Positions 48,495-48,640 of a stretch of DNA of 48,640 nucleotides are shown here, in pieces. A program made the position numbers and the translations under genes. Numbering within the stretch: position 1 is the first letter of the stretch; each line of letters starts with the position of its first letter. This DNA comes from Octopus bimaculoides. Lineage: Eukaryota. The notes below the pieces were generated by a model that did no database searches, was not told the origin of the DNA, and saw only the letters and a program-made list of their open reading frames with translations. The stretch covers positions 125,351,123-125,399,762 of the forward strand of contig NC_068984.1 in NCBI RefSeq assembly GCF_001194135.2. The letters run 5' to 3'.

Positions 48495-48640
48495 TCTTCT
48501 TTTGAATTCAGTTGCTTTTTTTTCTTTCATAGCGGAAATGAAAACGGCGATGATGTTAGTGATAATGATAATTATAATAATAACACGAAGAAAAATTAGA
48601 ATAATAAAAGAGTAGATAAAACGCAAAATAAAGAATATCA

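Noticed and set aside
47985-48626. 213-aa ORF taken at face value
   Set aside because: It starts at TTG in probable 5' UTR and reads through the exon 1 donor into microsatellites. Only 48494 (or 48530) to 48284 is coding.

Overview
AT-rich, microsatellite-saturated animal genomic DNA with about 4.7 kb of N gaps. The SINE, MITE and microsatellite landscape looks like an octopus (coleoid cephalopod) draft assembly; this is an inference. Two convergent protein-coding genes can be reconstructed with GT-AG junctions and consistent intron phases. (1) Plus strand: a 5'-incomplete GATA4/5/6-class transcription factor, exons 6197-6405, 19229-19351, 20951-21077 and 22012-22772. It has an intact C-terminal finger, a degenerate C-X2-C-X16-C-X2-C N-terminal finger and a polyQ/H tail. 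(2) Minus strand: a complete 8-exon, 2700-nt (899 aa) class C GPCR of the CaSR/mGluR-like type, from 48494 to 33119. The rest is transposon debris: tRNA-derived SINEs, a near full-length decayed mariner, a maT-like Tc1/mariner fragment, a Penelope fragment, an R4/Dong-like LINE 3' end and several MITEs, including a 744-bp fully palindromic element. The most notable signals are (a) a GATA N-finger that lost its DNA-contact residues but largely kept the FOG-contact residues, (b) paired loss of both cysteines of the Venus-flytrap/cysteine-rich-domain disulfide in the GPCR (Cys to Lys and Cys to Glu), and (c) a long intronic hairpin. No prokaryotic features, CRISPR arrays or bona fide rRNA/tRNA genes are supported.
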